From NCBI GenBank assembly GCA_045596605.1, contig JAZOCR010000159.1, positions 1-51,563 of the forward strand: a stretch of DNA of 51,563 nucleotides, read 5' to 3'. The position numbers and the translations under genes were made by a program. This document shows, piece by piece, positions 35,594 through 45,150 of the stretch; within the stretch, counting starts at the first letter, position 1, and each line of letters opens with the position of its first letter. This DNA comes from Eubacteriales bacterium (GTDB lineage: Bacteria; Bacillota; Clostridia; Oscillospirales; CAG-382). A model generated the notes under the pieces. The model was not told where the DNA came from. It worked only from the letters and a program-made list of their open reading frames with translations, and searched no databases.

Positions 35594-36289
35594 TTATTTC
35601 TGACCTACAAGATTTGCAACAATACTTCTGAAGCCCGAAAGAAGAACTCCTTGTGCAACCGCATTTGTATCTTCATCATCGTAAACCGTTACAACGTCTT
35701 TTTCGGAGATATTAACGTAATGTCTTGTAAGCTTTTCAGACTTTACCATTCCGAGGTTATTAACCGCATATTCCTCAATGCCCACAAGGTCATCACGCTG
35801 TTCTATCGCCATAAGAAGCTTTGCCTGCTCCTCACGGCACTCAACAATTCTTGATTCTATTTCCTTTATTTCATTAAAGGTATCACGGTATTCACAGTAG
35901 CTTCCTGCAATGAAGAACAACAGAACCGAAAACATAAGAACAGTTACGACCTTATCAAAACAGCTCTTACTTTTGCTCTTTACCTTCTTGGTAAAAAACA
36001 CGTCTCTCACTGTTCCAATGGCTCCGCAGTGCTCCACGTAAACGAAACCTGCAGTCTTTTCCTCCTTCGGAAGTATACCGTTTTCTCTTCTCTGACTAAC
36101 AGCAGAGTTCATCTTAGTTACTCTGTACTGCTCTCTTGTGCCGAGAACAACCTTGGAACCCGAAACCTTTGAATTTTTCGAAGGCACAACCTCACTGCCG
36201 TTATGCGCTTTTACTATTTTACTGTTTTTAGTTCCCGAATATGTATTTTTTCTTACACTCAGGTAATTACTTGACGCATAACCGTTCAT
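35594..36289 (-). CDS. FtsL-like septum-formation protein with a long N-terminal extension
   Basis: Single TM helix (VVTVLMFSVLLFFIAGSYC) followed by a coiled-coil. Sits between rsmH and the pbp gene. Confidence 0.6.
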   Translation of the reverse strand: MNGYASSNYLSVRKNTYSGTKNSKIVKAHNGSEVVPSKNSKVSGSKVVLGTREQYRVTKMNSAVSQRRENGILPKEEKTAGFVYVEHCGAIGTVRDVFFTKKVKSKSKSCFDKVVTVLMFSVLLFFIAGSYCEYRDTFNEIKEIESRIVECREEQAKLLMAIEQRDDLVGIEEYAVNNLGMVKSEKLTRHYVNISEKDVVTVYDDEDTNAVAQGVLLSGFRSIVANLVGQK

Positions 36290-36314
36290 TTGCTTTCCTC
36301 CGATATTTTTACTT

Positions 36315-37304
36315 CTATATTTTTTCCAGAACTCTTAGCTTTGCACTTCTTGACCTTGGATTTTCAAGAAGCTCCTTTTCCGACGGAAGCGTCGGTTTTT
36401 TTGTTATTATCCTTGCCTCCGGCTTTTTACCGCAAACGCACACAGGGAAATCCGAAGGACAAGTACATCCTTCTGTATGTGACAAAAAAGTATGCTTTAT
36501 TATTCTGTCCTCAAGGGAATGGAAGCTTATAAAGGACATCCTTCCGCCGCTTTCAAGATAGGGGAACAGTCCGTTTATAACCTTATCTATAACGTCAAGC
36601 TCTCCGTTGACCTCTATTCTTATTGCCTGGAAAGTTCTTTTCGCAGGATGAGGGCCATCCTTCCGGAACTTTGCAGGAATTGCATTCTTGATTATTTCTG
36701 AAAGCTCAAGTGTGCTTTCAATCGGCTTCTTACTTCTTGCCTCTACTATAAACGAAGCAATTCTTGAAGCAAACTTTTCTTCACCGTAGTCGTATATCAC
36801 ACGCTTTAAGTCGTATTCCGAATAGCCGTTTACAACATCATATGCCGACATTCCCTCCCCCTTTGACATTCTCATATCAAGAGGTGCGTCCTGCATATAG
36901 CTGAAGCCCCTGGAGCCCTCGTCAAGCTGTCTTGAGCTTACACCGAGGTCTGCGGTAACGCCGCTTATTTTTTCTATTCCAAGGCTATCAAGGATAGATG
37001 GTGCTTCACAGAAGTTTCCACGGCATATTATGCTTCTATCACCAAATTTTCTGAGTCTTTCCGATGCTGCACTTATCGCCTCGGGGTCTCTGTCTATACT
37101 TACGAGCTTTCCACTGCCGCCGAGCGCTTCAAGACGTCTGAGTATTTCCTCTGAATGTCCTCCGCCGCCAAGAGTACAGTCAACGTATATTCCGTCAGGC
37201 TTTATATCAAGTCCGTCTACCGTTTCACAGAGCATTACCGAATAATGCTTAAATTCTATCATTTCGTTTTCCTTATTCATTCCGGTTCCTTCCACTATGC
37301 TCAT
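36315..37304 (-). CDS. rsmH: 16S rRNA (cytosine1402-N4)-methyltransferase
   Basis: SAM motif [14 protein letters not shown] overlap with the mraZ stop; an internal start (MIEFKH..) is possible. Confidence 0.93.
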   Translation of the reverse strand: MSIVEGTGMNKENEMIEFKHYSVMLCETVDGLDIKPDGIYVDCTLGGGGHSEEILRRLEALGGSGKLVSIDRDPEAISAASERLRKFGDRSIICRGNFCEAPSILDSLGIEKISGVTADLGVSSRQLDEGSRGFSYMQDAPLDMRMSKGEGMSAYDVVNGYSEYDLKRVIYDYGEEKFASRIASFIVEARSKKPIESTLELSEIIKNAIPAKFRKDGPHPAKRTFQAIRIEVNGELDVIDKVINGLFPYLESGGRMSFISFHSLEDRIIKHTFLSHTEGCTCPSDFPVCVCGKKPEARIITKKPTLPSEKELLENPRSRSAKLRVLEKI

Positions 37305-37723
37305 CAGAATCCGTTCTCTATAAGGTACTGGTCAATTGCATCGGAGCTCTCTCCGTCAACTGATTTTTCAGCATTTGCTTCATTCCATATTTCAACGGTG
37401 TCAAACATACCTACAAAGAGCACTTCTTTTCCAAGACCTGCGTATTCACGAAGCTCAAGGGGAAGCATTATTCTTCCCTGAACGTCAGGCTCGAGATTTG
37501 CTGCACTAAGGCTTATATAACGGAGAAACTTCTTTGCTTCTGTCTGACCGTTTTTCGTAAGTCTTTCAACGTATTCGGCAAACTTCTCTTCGGTATAAAC
37601 CACAAGACAATTTCCTGCGCCCTTTGCAACAATCACCGTATCGCCGAGATAGCTACGGAATTTGGCAGGCAAAAACACTCTGCCCTTGCTGTCTATTGAA
37701 TTTTTATAACTTCCAACAAGCAT
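37304..37723 (-). CDS. mraZ: Transcriptional regulator MraZ
   Basis: Duplicated SpoVT/AbrB-like motifs: [15 protein letters not shown] and [16 protein letters not shown]. The ATG at 37723 follows GAGGAGGA. Confidence 0.93.
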   Translation of the reverse strand: MLVGSYKNSIDSKGRVFLPAKFRSYLGDTVIVAKGAGNCLVVYTEEKFAEYVERLTKNGQTEAKKFLRYISLSAANLEPDVQGRIMLPLELREYAGLGKEVLFVGMFDTVEIWNEANAEKSVDGESSDAIDQYLIENGF

Positions 37724-37837
37724 TTTCCGTCCTCCTCTCAGCAATTTTTATCGGATTATTCCACCAAACTTATGGTAAAATTCCCCACAATTAGGTTTTT
37801 TTATGTTTTTTTACTAAAATTTTAATCCACCGGCTCT

Positions 37838-37866
37838 ATTATACTATCGCTTTTGTTATTTTTCAA
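37838..37866 (-). promoter_or_regulatory. Sigma-A promoter of the dcw cluster: TTGAAA, 17-nt spacer, TATAAT
   Basis: The minus strand reads TTGAAAaataacaaaagcgatagTATAAT. GTGG-type boxes (GGTGGA, TGTGGGGA, TGGTGGA) follow in the leader. Confidence 0.55.
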
Positions 37867-37925
37867 GGGGTTAATAAAAAAAATAAATAAAAAATCCCAC
37901 TTTTTACATTTTGTTAACATATAAA

Positions 37926-37955
37926 AACAGAGGCATGCCAAAACGCACACCTCTG
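37926..37955 (-). terminator. Terminator after spoIIIAH
   Basis: CAGAGG...CCTCTG stem followed by TTTTTAT on the minus strand. Confidence 0.5.
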
Positions 37956-37975
37956 CTCTCGTCAGATTATTACAA

Positions 37976-38587
37976 TTATTGATTTTTTTCTACAATTTTT
38001 ATCTTATCTGCAGGAAATCCCGACTCATTAACTGCAATCTCTTTAATCTGTGCAACCTCATTTGTAAGAAGCCCGTCGGTTTTAACGATTACGTTAATAT
38101 TATCACCGCTTATTACTGCAAGACAGTTTTCAAATCCCTTTGCCATAACCATAGACTGTATATTAGACTCAATGGTTATATCATTAGCAATACTCATCAT
38201 TTCCACATATGCTTTTTCCTTGACATCAGGCATTGAATCTGCACTGTCAACAACTATCTGAAGCATTTCAATAGCTTCGTCACGGGAGCGTTGTCTGTCC
38301 ACCTGCATTGCAGAAAAATATGTATCGTATGAAGCTGTCTCTGTGGCATCATCAAGAGATTCCCCTACGTTCTGAGTGCTGTCAACAAAGGTTGCCTCGC
38401 CGAGTATCTTCGGTTTATCCGAATCATCGGCAGAAGTATAAAGATAATCTCCTGCCGCCACCTCATTGCTTTTCCCTATGTAGTGGTCGGTATAAGCCGC
38501 AGCACAGATAAGCAGCACGAATGCACCTGCAATTATTGACCTTGTAGAAAACTTGAGCTTAGGTTTTTTTATAGCCATAATAATCAT
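37976..38587 (-). CDS. spoIIIAH: Stage III sporulation protein AH
   Basis: N-terminal TM helix and C-terminal YscJ/FliF-like region (..ENCLAVISGDNINVIVKTDGL..EVAQIKEIAV..). Last gene of the spoIIIA operon. Confidence 0.85.
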   Translation of the reverse strand: MIIMAIKKPKLKFSTRSIIAGAFVLLICAAAYTDHYIGKSNEVAAGDYLYTSADDSDKPKILGEATFVDSTQNVGESLDDATETASYDTYFSAMQVDRQRSRDEAIEMLQIVVDSADSMPDVKEKAYVEMMSIANDITIESNIQSMVMAKGFENCLAVISGDNINVIVKTDGLLTNEVAQIKEIAVNESGFPADKIKIVEKNQ

Positions 38588-38656
38588 TCCTTTCAGTGTA
38601 CGCTATGCAAGCGCACCCATAATAAATATTTACCGTTGCATTTGATACCTTATATA

Positions 38657-39190
38657 TTATTCTCCCTCTCCGACTGTAACGTGTATCTTGGTTTCAGATA
38701 TACCAAAAAGCGCCGTCACTGCCTCCCTTACATTTCTGCACACCCTTTCATTACTGCCACCTTCGCATACAACAAGCACGCCTTTCACCCTTGGGCAAAG
38801 CTCCTTTAAAAGTATCGGGCTTTCGCCATTTGAAGAGTCACCCGCAAGAACTATATGCTTTTCGGTCGTTTTGGCACTTTGTGTTGTATCTTTGCCGGTA
38901 TTTTCCTCAAGCTTTGCATTGTTGGCATACACACTTTCAAAGGAACTTTCAAAGGAAATCATAACCTGTGTTTTGCCTGCGCCCTCAATGCCGCAGATTA
39001 TTCTTTCAAGTCTTTTCTCCATATCCTCGGTATAAAGTCCGAGCTTTGAAAAGTTGTCATAACTCTCTGTCACTTTCCTATCCTGACTGTTTCCGGATAC
39101 GGTTATAAGAAGTACACCAAATAGTAACGCTGTGCAAAGCAAAAGCGGTTTTATATTCTTCATAAGCTTTTCTTTTATTTTATTCTTCAT
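38657..39190 (-). CDS. spoIIIAG: Stage III sporulation protein AG
   Basis: N-terminal TM helix; C-terminal VKGVLVVCEGGSNERV..VREAVTALFGI pattern; operon position. Confidence 0.85.
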   Translation of the reverse strand: MKNKIKEKLMKNIKPLLLCTALLFGVLLITVSGNSQDRKVTESYDNFSKLGLYTEDMEKRLERIICGIEGAGKTQVMISFESSFESVYANNAKLEENTGKDTTQSAKTTEKHIVLAGDSSNGESPILLKELCPRVKGVLVVCEGGSNERVCRNVREAVTALFGISETKIHVTVGEGE

Positions 39191-39677
39191 ATATTATCTC
39201 CACTTCGGCATTTAAAGCCTCTCTTGCCACAGAGCATATATCCTGTGCAAAATCCGAATCTTCCTTTTTTATTTTTACCTTTGATTCCGTTATATAAGGA
39301 TTGAAAGTTCCGTCCTGCAATTCCATTTCTATGCTGACGTCTATTGGTTTTATTCCTATTTTGGCAAAAATATATTCCGAAACCTTTTCCTCACATTCAC
39401 TGCGCAGAATATACAGACTATCCTGCGCATTCACCCCCGAAGCAGCTTCCGTCTCAAGCCTTGTCATATCAAATAATTCACCATAGTCTGCACTTTTAAT
39501 CGCCGGCATAAGAATACAGGCAAGAATACAAAGAGTAACAGCAAGCTTTACGTGCTTTTCAATATTTTTTCCGTTTTTTCCGTAAGATACGACCATAAGG
39601 TCACAGACTATTCCGAGAGCCGATGCAAAAACCACCGACATAAGATATCCTTTTATATTCATATCATTCCCTTCCAC
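39180..39677 (-). CDS. spoIIIAF: Stage III sporulation protein AF
   Basis: Size, two N-terminal TM helices and operon position. Confidence 0.7.
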   Translation of the reverse strand: MEGNDMNIKGYLMSVVFASALGIVCDLMVVSYGKNGKNIEKHVKLAVTLCILACILMPAIKSADYGELFDMTRLETEAASGVNAQDSLYILRSECEEKVSEYIFAKIGIKPIDVSIEMELQDGTFNPYITESKVKIKKEDSDFAQDICSVAREALNAEVEIIYEE

Positions 39678-39701
39678 TTCCCATTTCTTATAACAGTCCT
39701 A

Positions 39702-40784
39702 TTAAACCGGAATTGAAGACTTTGCGAAAATGCCGAGAATAAGTATAAATACTATACACACCCCAATACAAGCACCAAGCAGTAAATTCAAGGCGCCGTT
39801 TATTTCTTCGTAAAAAACGGAAGCCTTTACGCACCCGAGAAGCTTTGAAAGTGCAGAGCAAAGACCTATAAACACCTTGCTGACAATCAGTGCCGCCACA
39901 GGCGATGCAATAACTCCAATAATCGCAAATATTCCGGACACTCCGCTGACAGCCCGTACAAGCTTCATGCTTTCTGCAAGTGTTCTTGCACTTTCGGAAA
40001 CAACACTTCCTATAACGGGAATAAGACTTTGTGCGGCATATCTTACAGTTCTGCTTGCAAGTCCGTCCTTTGAAACGCTGATAACTGACTGAAAAAAGAC
40101 TACCGCAGACATAACGCACATAACAATCCCAAACATCCACACAACAATACTTTTTATACATTTGGCAATGCCGGAAAAATCAAAGCTCCGTGAAATAAGT
40201 GTAACTGCTGCAAATACAACTATAGCTTTCACAGAAGGCATAAGCAAAACAGAAAACACAGTTGAGCATATATTAAGCATCATAACGGTTGTCGAATAGG
40301 ACATGGTTGCCGTTGCAGCTCCGACGGAGGATGTATAGAGAGTTGTCATTACCGGAAGCATTGACAGCATAAAGGTATTCAGCGTGTTCATTACCGACAA
40401 AAGATTTTCGCACAGTACAGACACAAGTGAAAACGCAAAAGAGCAAAGGCATATTTCACCTGCGTACACCGCCGCAGTGTTATCACATATTACATTTATG
40501 ACTCCAAGCATAAACGTGATAAAAATAAGAACGGAAAATTTTTTAGAAAAAGAAAAAAAGGAATCACGAAGCTTATTTACAAAATCATTCCATATATTTG
40601 CCGGAGTGTTTTCAGAAAGTAGTTCTTCTGCCCTCTTAGCTGCATCCACGCTTTCGGTTTCAATTATATTTTGTGTGTTATCTTCCTCGGCATTTGCACG
40701 TACACAGCAAAAGCTCAAAAGAAAAATGCTGAAAAATGTGCAGATTAAATATTTCAGTATTACTTTATTTTTAATTTTCATCAT
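39702..40784 (-). CDS. spoIIIAE: Stage III sporulation protein AE
   Basis: Signal peptide plus a polytopic membrane protein of the expected size. Sits between AD and AF. Confidence 0.85.
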   Translation of the reverse strand: MMKIKNKVILKYLICTFFSIFLLSFCCVRANAEEDNTQNIIETESVDAAKRAEELLSENTPANIWNDFVNKLRDSFFSFSKKFSVLIFITFMLGVINVICDNTAAVYAGEICLCSFAFSLVSVLCENLLSVMNTLNTFMLSMLPVMTTLYTSSVGAATATMSYSTTVMMLNICSTVFSVLLMPSVKAIVVFAAVTLISRSFDFSGIAKCIKSIVVWMFGIVMCVMSAVVFFQSVISVSKDGLASRTVRYAAQSLIPVIGSVVSESARTLAESMKLVRAVSGVSGIFAIIGVIASPVAALIVSKVFIGLCSALSKLLGCVKASVFYEEINGALNLLLGACIGVCIVFILILGIFAKSSIPV

Positions 40785-40791
40785 ATTGGTT

Positions 40792-41175
40792 TTACGTCAA
40801 AAAATTTTCTGCTGATTCTATTATAGTCTTAAGTACAGGAAGCACAGACGCTGCAATTGCACCTTTCCCGAGAAGCTCAATCCTTCCTCCTATTGCATTT
40901 TCTCCTGCGTCTGAGCATATTTCACAGGCGAGCTTTGTCACAGCGCCTATTGCCGTGACACGAAGTATAACCGAAGCATAGCTCTCTACTGCTCCCCTTT
41001 CTGAAAGCTCAAGCGCATATGTTACAAGCGGAGAAAAGAACAAAAAGGCACTGTATGTAAGTATAATTGCGGTAATTATTGATACATACACAGAAAAATG
41101 GGGATTTATCTGCTTTACAAGAAGTGCCGTAATCGCACCGCCAAGTGCTATGCCGATAAGCTGAAAAATGCTCAT
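40792..41175 (-). CDS. spoIIIAD: Stage III sporulation protein AD
   Basis: Small polytopic protein (127 aa) at the expected operon position. Confidence 0.8.
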   Translation of the reverse strand: MSIFQLIGIALGGAITALLVKQINPHFSVYVSIITAIILTYSAFLFFSPLVTYALELSERGAVESYASVILRVTAIGAVTKLACEICSDAGENAIGGRIELLGKGAIAASVLPVLKTIIESAENFLT

Positions 41176-41366
41176 ATTCCAAATACACTTCTGACCGTTC
41201 GGAATAGCACTTCCATCTCTCCTACCAGCATAAGCAGTATAACTATAATTCCCGCAAGTGATACAAACATCGAAAGGTCGTCCTTTCCCGACTTTGCAAG
41301 CACCTGATTAATACACGCAACAAGCACGCCCACTCCTGCAACTTTAAGTATCAGACCTATATTCAT
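41172..41366 (-). CDS. spoIIIAC: Stage III sporulation protein AC
   Basis: About 64 aa, two TM helices, MNIGLILKVAGVGVLVA... The start is the internal ATG of track ORF 41172..41444. Overlaps the AD start. Confidence 0.8.
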   Translation of the reverse strand: MNIGLILKVAGVGVLVACINQVLAKSGKDDLSMFVSLAGIIVILLMLVGEMEVLFRTVRSVFGI

Positions 41367-41425
41367 ATGTAACATTCCTTTCAAAAACCCATGCATTTTC
41401 ACCGGCAGATTATCCGCACACAGTA

Positions 41426-41896
41426 TCACACAAGTACTATGCATAACATAATTCCGCAGATGAGTCCGAGTTTTTTATACAGCTCATTCTTTTTACCGTG
41501 CTCCTGCGCACACCTGCCGCTTATTTCCCGTGCTTCGCAAAGCATTCTTATACATTTTTCCCTTTCAGCCATAGTGTCACTTGAACGCCCAAGCTCCGAA
41601 AGAAACACCGACATGCGCATCAGAAGCTTTTCACATTCTCCGCCGTAATTTGCACTTTTAAACTTTAAAACCAATTCCTTTTTGCTTTTAGCTTTAATTA
41701 AAATAGCTTCATCATTGGCACTGTATCTGCTTATTATATCGTCAATTTTTATTTTGTTATATATACCCTCGGACAAAAATTCAAGAAAGGAGCAAACCTC
41801 CTCACACACCGCCACCTTTTTCCGTTCTTTTTCAGACAAGTATTTGCCAGTCTCCAGTGAAAACACTATTATCAGAATAAACCCCAGAATTTTCAT
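41426..41896 (-). CDS. spoIIIAB: Stage III sporulation protein AB
   Basis: N-terminal TM helix, helical body, C-terminal TM helix; operon position. Confidence 0.75.
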   Translation of the reverse strand: MKILGFILIIVFSLETGKYLSEKERKKVAVCEEVCSFLEFLSEGIYNKIKIDDIISRYSANDEAILIKAKSKKELVLKFKSANYGGECEKLLMRMSVFLSELGRSSDTMAEREKCIRMLCEAREISGRCAQEHGKKNELYKKLGLICGIMLCIVLV

Positions 41897-42849
41897 AAGA
41901 TTTCCTCCAAAGGACAGTCCATCTTTTCTATTTTTCCGGAAATAACGTCGCCGTTTCTTTCAAGAAGATATGCAGTTTTGAATACGCCCGCCCGTATAAG
42001 TGCTTTCATATATTTTTTACGGTAAAGCTCACTCATACCATTTCCGTGAACAGACGCCACAAGATATATTCCGTTCGAGTATGCATTATAAAGCATCTCT
42101 GCCTCCCGCTCATTCCCGATTTCATCACATACAATAACCTGAGGTGACAGCGTACGCATGGCTATCTCCAATGCTTTTACCTTTGGCACTCCTGATATTA
42201 CATCACATATACACTGCTCAAACATTTTCTGAGAATATATTTCCTGCCTTTCATCTGCTATGCAAACACGCATCGGCATTACTGCCTGTTGGTATTTCAT
42301 TTGGGAAATTCCCGACGCAAAAGAACGAAGAAAGGTTGTTTTGCCACAGTTTGGCGGTGAAACGGCAATAATACCGAGTGTATTCTCCGGTCCGTTTTCA
42401 TAAACATATCGAATAACGCTTTCTGCTGCATTCCTTATGTAACCCGGCACTCTTATATTAAGACTCGTAATATCGTTAAAGCTTCTTATTATACCGTTAT
42501 CAACACAGGCAGTCCCGGAAAGCCCCACTCTTGTTCCGCAGAAAGGAATATAACCGTTTTTTATATATTCACCGTAAGAATAAACCGACCCTTCACAAAG
42601 CAGTGATACTATCTCACAAAGCTCGAAAGTACTGCTTTTTATACACTCTCCGCCACTATCGGTCATAGGAACATTGACGCCTGCAACTGTAAAGCTGCAC
42701 GGCATAAAGGCTCTCAAACGTATTTCGGTAAGCTTTTGCTTTTGCTCATAAGAAAGTAGCCCATAGGACTCCTTATATTTTTGCGGAAGAATAGAAAATA
42801 GTCTTTCACAAAATCCCGGCTCTACAGTTTTGATTTTCAACTTCTCCAT
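41893..42849 (-). CDS. spoIIIAA: Stage III sporulation protein AA (secretion-type ATPase)
   Basis: Walker A SPPNCGKTT and Walker B VIVCDEIG. First gene of the operon. Confidence 0.9.
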   Translation of the reverse strand: MEKLKIKTVEPGFCERLFSILPQKYKESYGLLSYEQKQKLTEIRLRAFMPCSFTVAGVNVPMTDSGGECIKSSTFELCEIVSLLCEGSVYSYGEYIKNGYIPFCGTRVGLSGTACVDNGIIRSFNDITSLNIRVPGYIRNAAESVIRYVYENGPENTLGIIAVSPPNCGKTTFLRSFASGISQMKYQQAVMPMRVCIADERQEIYSQKMFEQCICDVISGVPKVKALEIAMRTLSPQVIVCDEIGNEREAEMLYNAYSNGIYLVASVHGNGMSELYRKKYMKALIRAGVFKTAYLLERNGDVISGKIEKMDCPLEEIL

Positions 42850-42854
42850 TTTCT

Positions 42855-44996
42855 TTACTGCGCCGAACTAAATTTGTCCGCTTCGCCGATAAGCCTGTTC
42901 CAGAGCGCTCTGTCTACAACGCCGTTTGGATAAATGCCGTTTCTTCTCTGATAACCCATAACTGCACTTTCCGTTTCTGTGCCATATTCGCCGTTTACGT
43001 TAAGATATTTTTTTACACCGTTTTTCTGATTAATAATATTGAGTGCATTTTGTATGTACTTAACGTGTCTTCCGCTTATTCCCCGACGAAGTGTTACACC
43101 GGGATATTCCTCAGATATGCCACCGCTTGCCATAGCCGTCACTGCTTCACTTTGATTTTCAGAGTTTACAATAAAATTATACAGCTCCACAATGCGTGTC
43201 CAGGTAAGTGCTCCGATAATTCCATCGGATTCAAGCCCAAATCTCTCTTGAAATTCTTCAACGGCAGACTCAAACGCCTGGTCAAATACGTTGTTTTCCG
43301 TAACCTCCGGTAAGTTTCCGTAATATCTTGCTATTCTGTTATAGTATATCTTCATAAGTTCAACTCCCCTTCCGGTATCGCCGACACCTATCGGACTTCC
43401 CGGATATCTTTGTTCTTCGCTTGTAATTTCAACCGTATCGGCAATTTCATTGGAAACGGAATAAAGCTGATTCCAGGTAGCGGGTCCAACCACGCCGTCA
43501 GCTTCAAGTCCAAAGGTTTTCTGAAAACCTATAACTGCGTTTTCTGTATCTTCGCCAAAATATCCATCAACAGTAAGAAGTGGTATTCCCGGATAGAAAA
43601 ATGACAGGTATTCGAGTATATACTGCAAAAGCCTTACTTCACTTCCCGATGATCCCGTACTTAGTACAACGTTCGGAGGCTCGTCAGGTATGCGTGTGCC
43701 CGTCCCCTCGGAGGTTATCTCACCAAGCTTTGTTACAGCGGCATATATTCTTGAAATTTTATACCAGGTTGCAAGACCAACTATGCCGTCAACGCTAAGG
43801 TTAAATATATCCTGAAAGGCTCTTACAGCAGAATCCGTTTCCGAACCAAATCTTCCGTTAATTCTTTCAATTCTCGGAATAAGAGGATAATCCCGGCGTA
43901 TTCTGTCAAGCTGAATTTGTATGCGGAGAACGTCCTCTCCAAAAGAACCGAGAGAAAGCGGTGTGCCGGGATAAGACTGTCCTGCTTCAGAAATGTTATC
44001 TGTTCTTGTAATCTCAATACCGTTACCGTAATAGTGCTGAAGTATATTAAACGCAGTATATCCTTGCTCGGCAAGCCTCTGCGAGCCCCATTGGGACATA
44101 CCATTACAGTTTGTGCGCACTCCGTCGCAGTACTGGGCAAAAAGCGGCTCATAATTTCCGTCACGTCTTATGTAGGTGTTGAAAATTTCATCAACCAACT
44201 TACTTATATTATCAAAAATGTTTCTACCTTTAACAAATGCCTGGTCAAACTGGGTTGTGTTTGTAATCTGAAAGGGATAGCCCTGACTTGTGTACCATTC
44301 GGTATACACACGGTTAAGTGCAAGTGAAATCTGAGCATGAATGTTTGCTCTTATTGCCTCCTCATTCCAGGTGGGAAAAATTTCACTTGAAGCTACGTTC
44401 TTGATATATTCCGTAAAGGGAACAGTCAGATTTTCGGCAGCGCTGTTAGACGGTGCTCCGAGATGCACCACGATATTTGCAGGAATTATCACTTCAGGAA
44501 GAACGTCTGTCGTTATCTCACTTTCTGCGTATTCACGAACTCTCAGCGGTGCTGATACCACGGCGTTATCAGGCACATTAAATCTTTGAACGTAGCCCTT
44601 TGGGAAAAGACTTACGTTTGGCTCAAGTGTAAGTGGAAGTTCACTTTGAATGGCAGGGAAAATCTGTACTCCTCTTACAAAAATCGGTACAAAATTATCT
44701 GCTTCAACATAAACGTCAACAAGAGAATAGGCAAAACTGTCAAGGTTTTCATCGAAGCTGTATTCCTCATCCGGTGCTTCAATTCTTACTACGGTGCTTT
44801 TTCCGTCACCGCCGGTAACGATAAAGTAATCGTAATTCTGCGCAGAAACGTCTGTATCGGCATCGTATACATCGTCATCACTGTTTCCGTTATTTCCTCT
44901 GCCAAGCTCGCTTCTTTTTATATAAACTCTTGCGTTGGAAATAGGCATTGCTTCATTGTATACGGTTGTACGCACCAAAAAATATCCGTCGGTCAT
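42855..44996 (-). CDS. Peptidoglycan-binding protein with four PG_binding_1-type repeats and a SpoIID/LytB-like central region
   Basis: Four repeats of the ..G..V..LQ..L......DG.FG..T..AV..FQ...GL..DG.VG..TW.. pattern. The central region is ..VASSEIFPTWNEEAIRANIHAQISLALNR.. The track ORF extends to 45113, but that part overlaps the spoIIG promoter, so I prefer the ATG at 44996 (MTDGYF..). Confidence 0.7.
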   Translation of the reverse strand: MTDGYFLVRTTVYNEAMPISNARVYIKRSELGRGNNGNSDDDVYDADTDVSAQNYDYFIVTGGDGKSTVVRIEAPDEEYSFDENLDSFAYSLVDVYVEADNFVPIFVRGVQIFPAIQSELPLTLEPNVSLFPKGYVQRFNVPDNAVVSAPLRVREYAESEITTDVLPEVIIPANIVVHLGAPSNSAAENLTVPFTEYIKNVASSEIFPTWNEEAIRANIHAQISLALNRVYTEWYTSQGYPFQITNTTQFDQAFVKGRNIFDNISKLVDEIFNTYIRRDGNYEPLFAQYCDGVRTNCNGMSQWGSQRLAEQGYTAFNILQHYYGNGIEITRTDNISEAGQSYPGTPLSLGSFGEDVLRIQIQLDRIRRDYPLIPRIERINGRFGSETDSAVRAFQDIFNLSVDGIVGLATWYKISRIYAAVTKLGEITSEGTGTRIPDEPPNVVLSTGSSGSEVRLLQYILEYLSFFYPGIPLLTVDGYFGEDTENAVIGFQKTFGLEADGVVGPATWNQLYSVSNEIADTVEITSEEQRYPGSPIGVGDTGRGVELMKIYYNRIARYYGNLPEVTENNVFDQAFESAVEEFQERFGLESDGIIGALTWTRIVELYNFIVNSENQSEAVTAMASGGISEEYPGVTLRRGISGRHVKYIQNALNIINQKNGVKKYLNVNGEYGTETESAVMGYQRRNGIYPNGVVDRALWNRLIGEADKFSSAQ

Positions 44997-45087
44997 TGTA
45001 TCACTGTCCTTTCGGTTTGTTATATGTAAGCATATGAAAAAATATCTCTCCTTATTACTGTTAATTTTAAATTTTCCGCTCCCATAT

Positions 45088-45121
45088 TTCGACAGTTTTT
45101 TCGCTATCTTCATACTATAAT
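45088..45121 (+). promoter_or_regulatory. Candidate spoIIG-type promoter: Spo0A-box-like TTCGACA, 21-nt spacer, TATAAT
   Basis: TTCGACAgttttttcgctatcttcatacTATAAT, about 30 nt upstream of the spoIIGA ATG. Confidence 0.45.
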
Positions 45122-45150
45122 ATTCTTAAATAAAAACACGGAGAAAATGT

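Noticed and set aside
39688-40161. Cys/Arg-rich 157-aa minus-strand ORF
   Set aside because: It is an alternative frame of the same strand, entirely inside spoIIIAE. It has no independent SD and an implausible composition.
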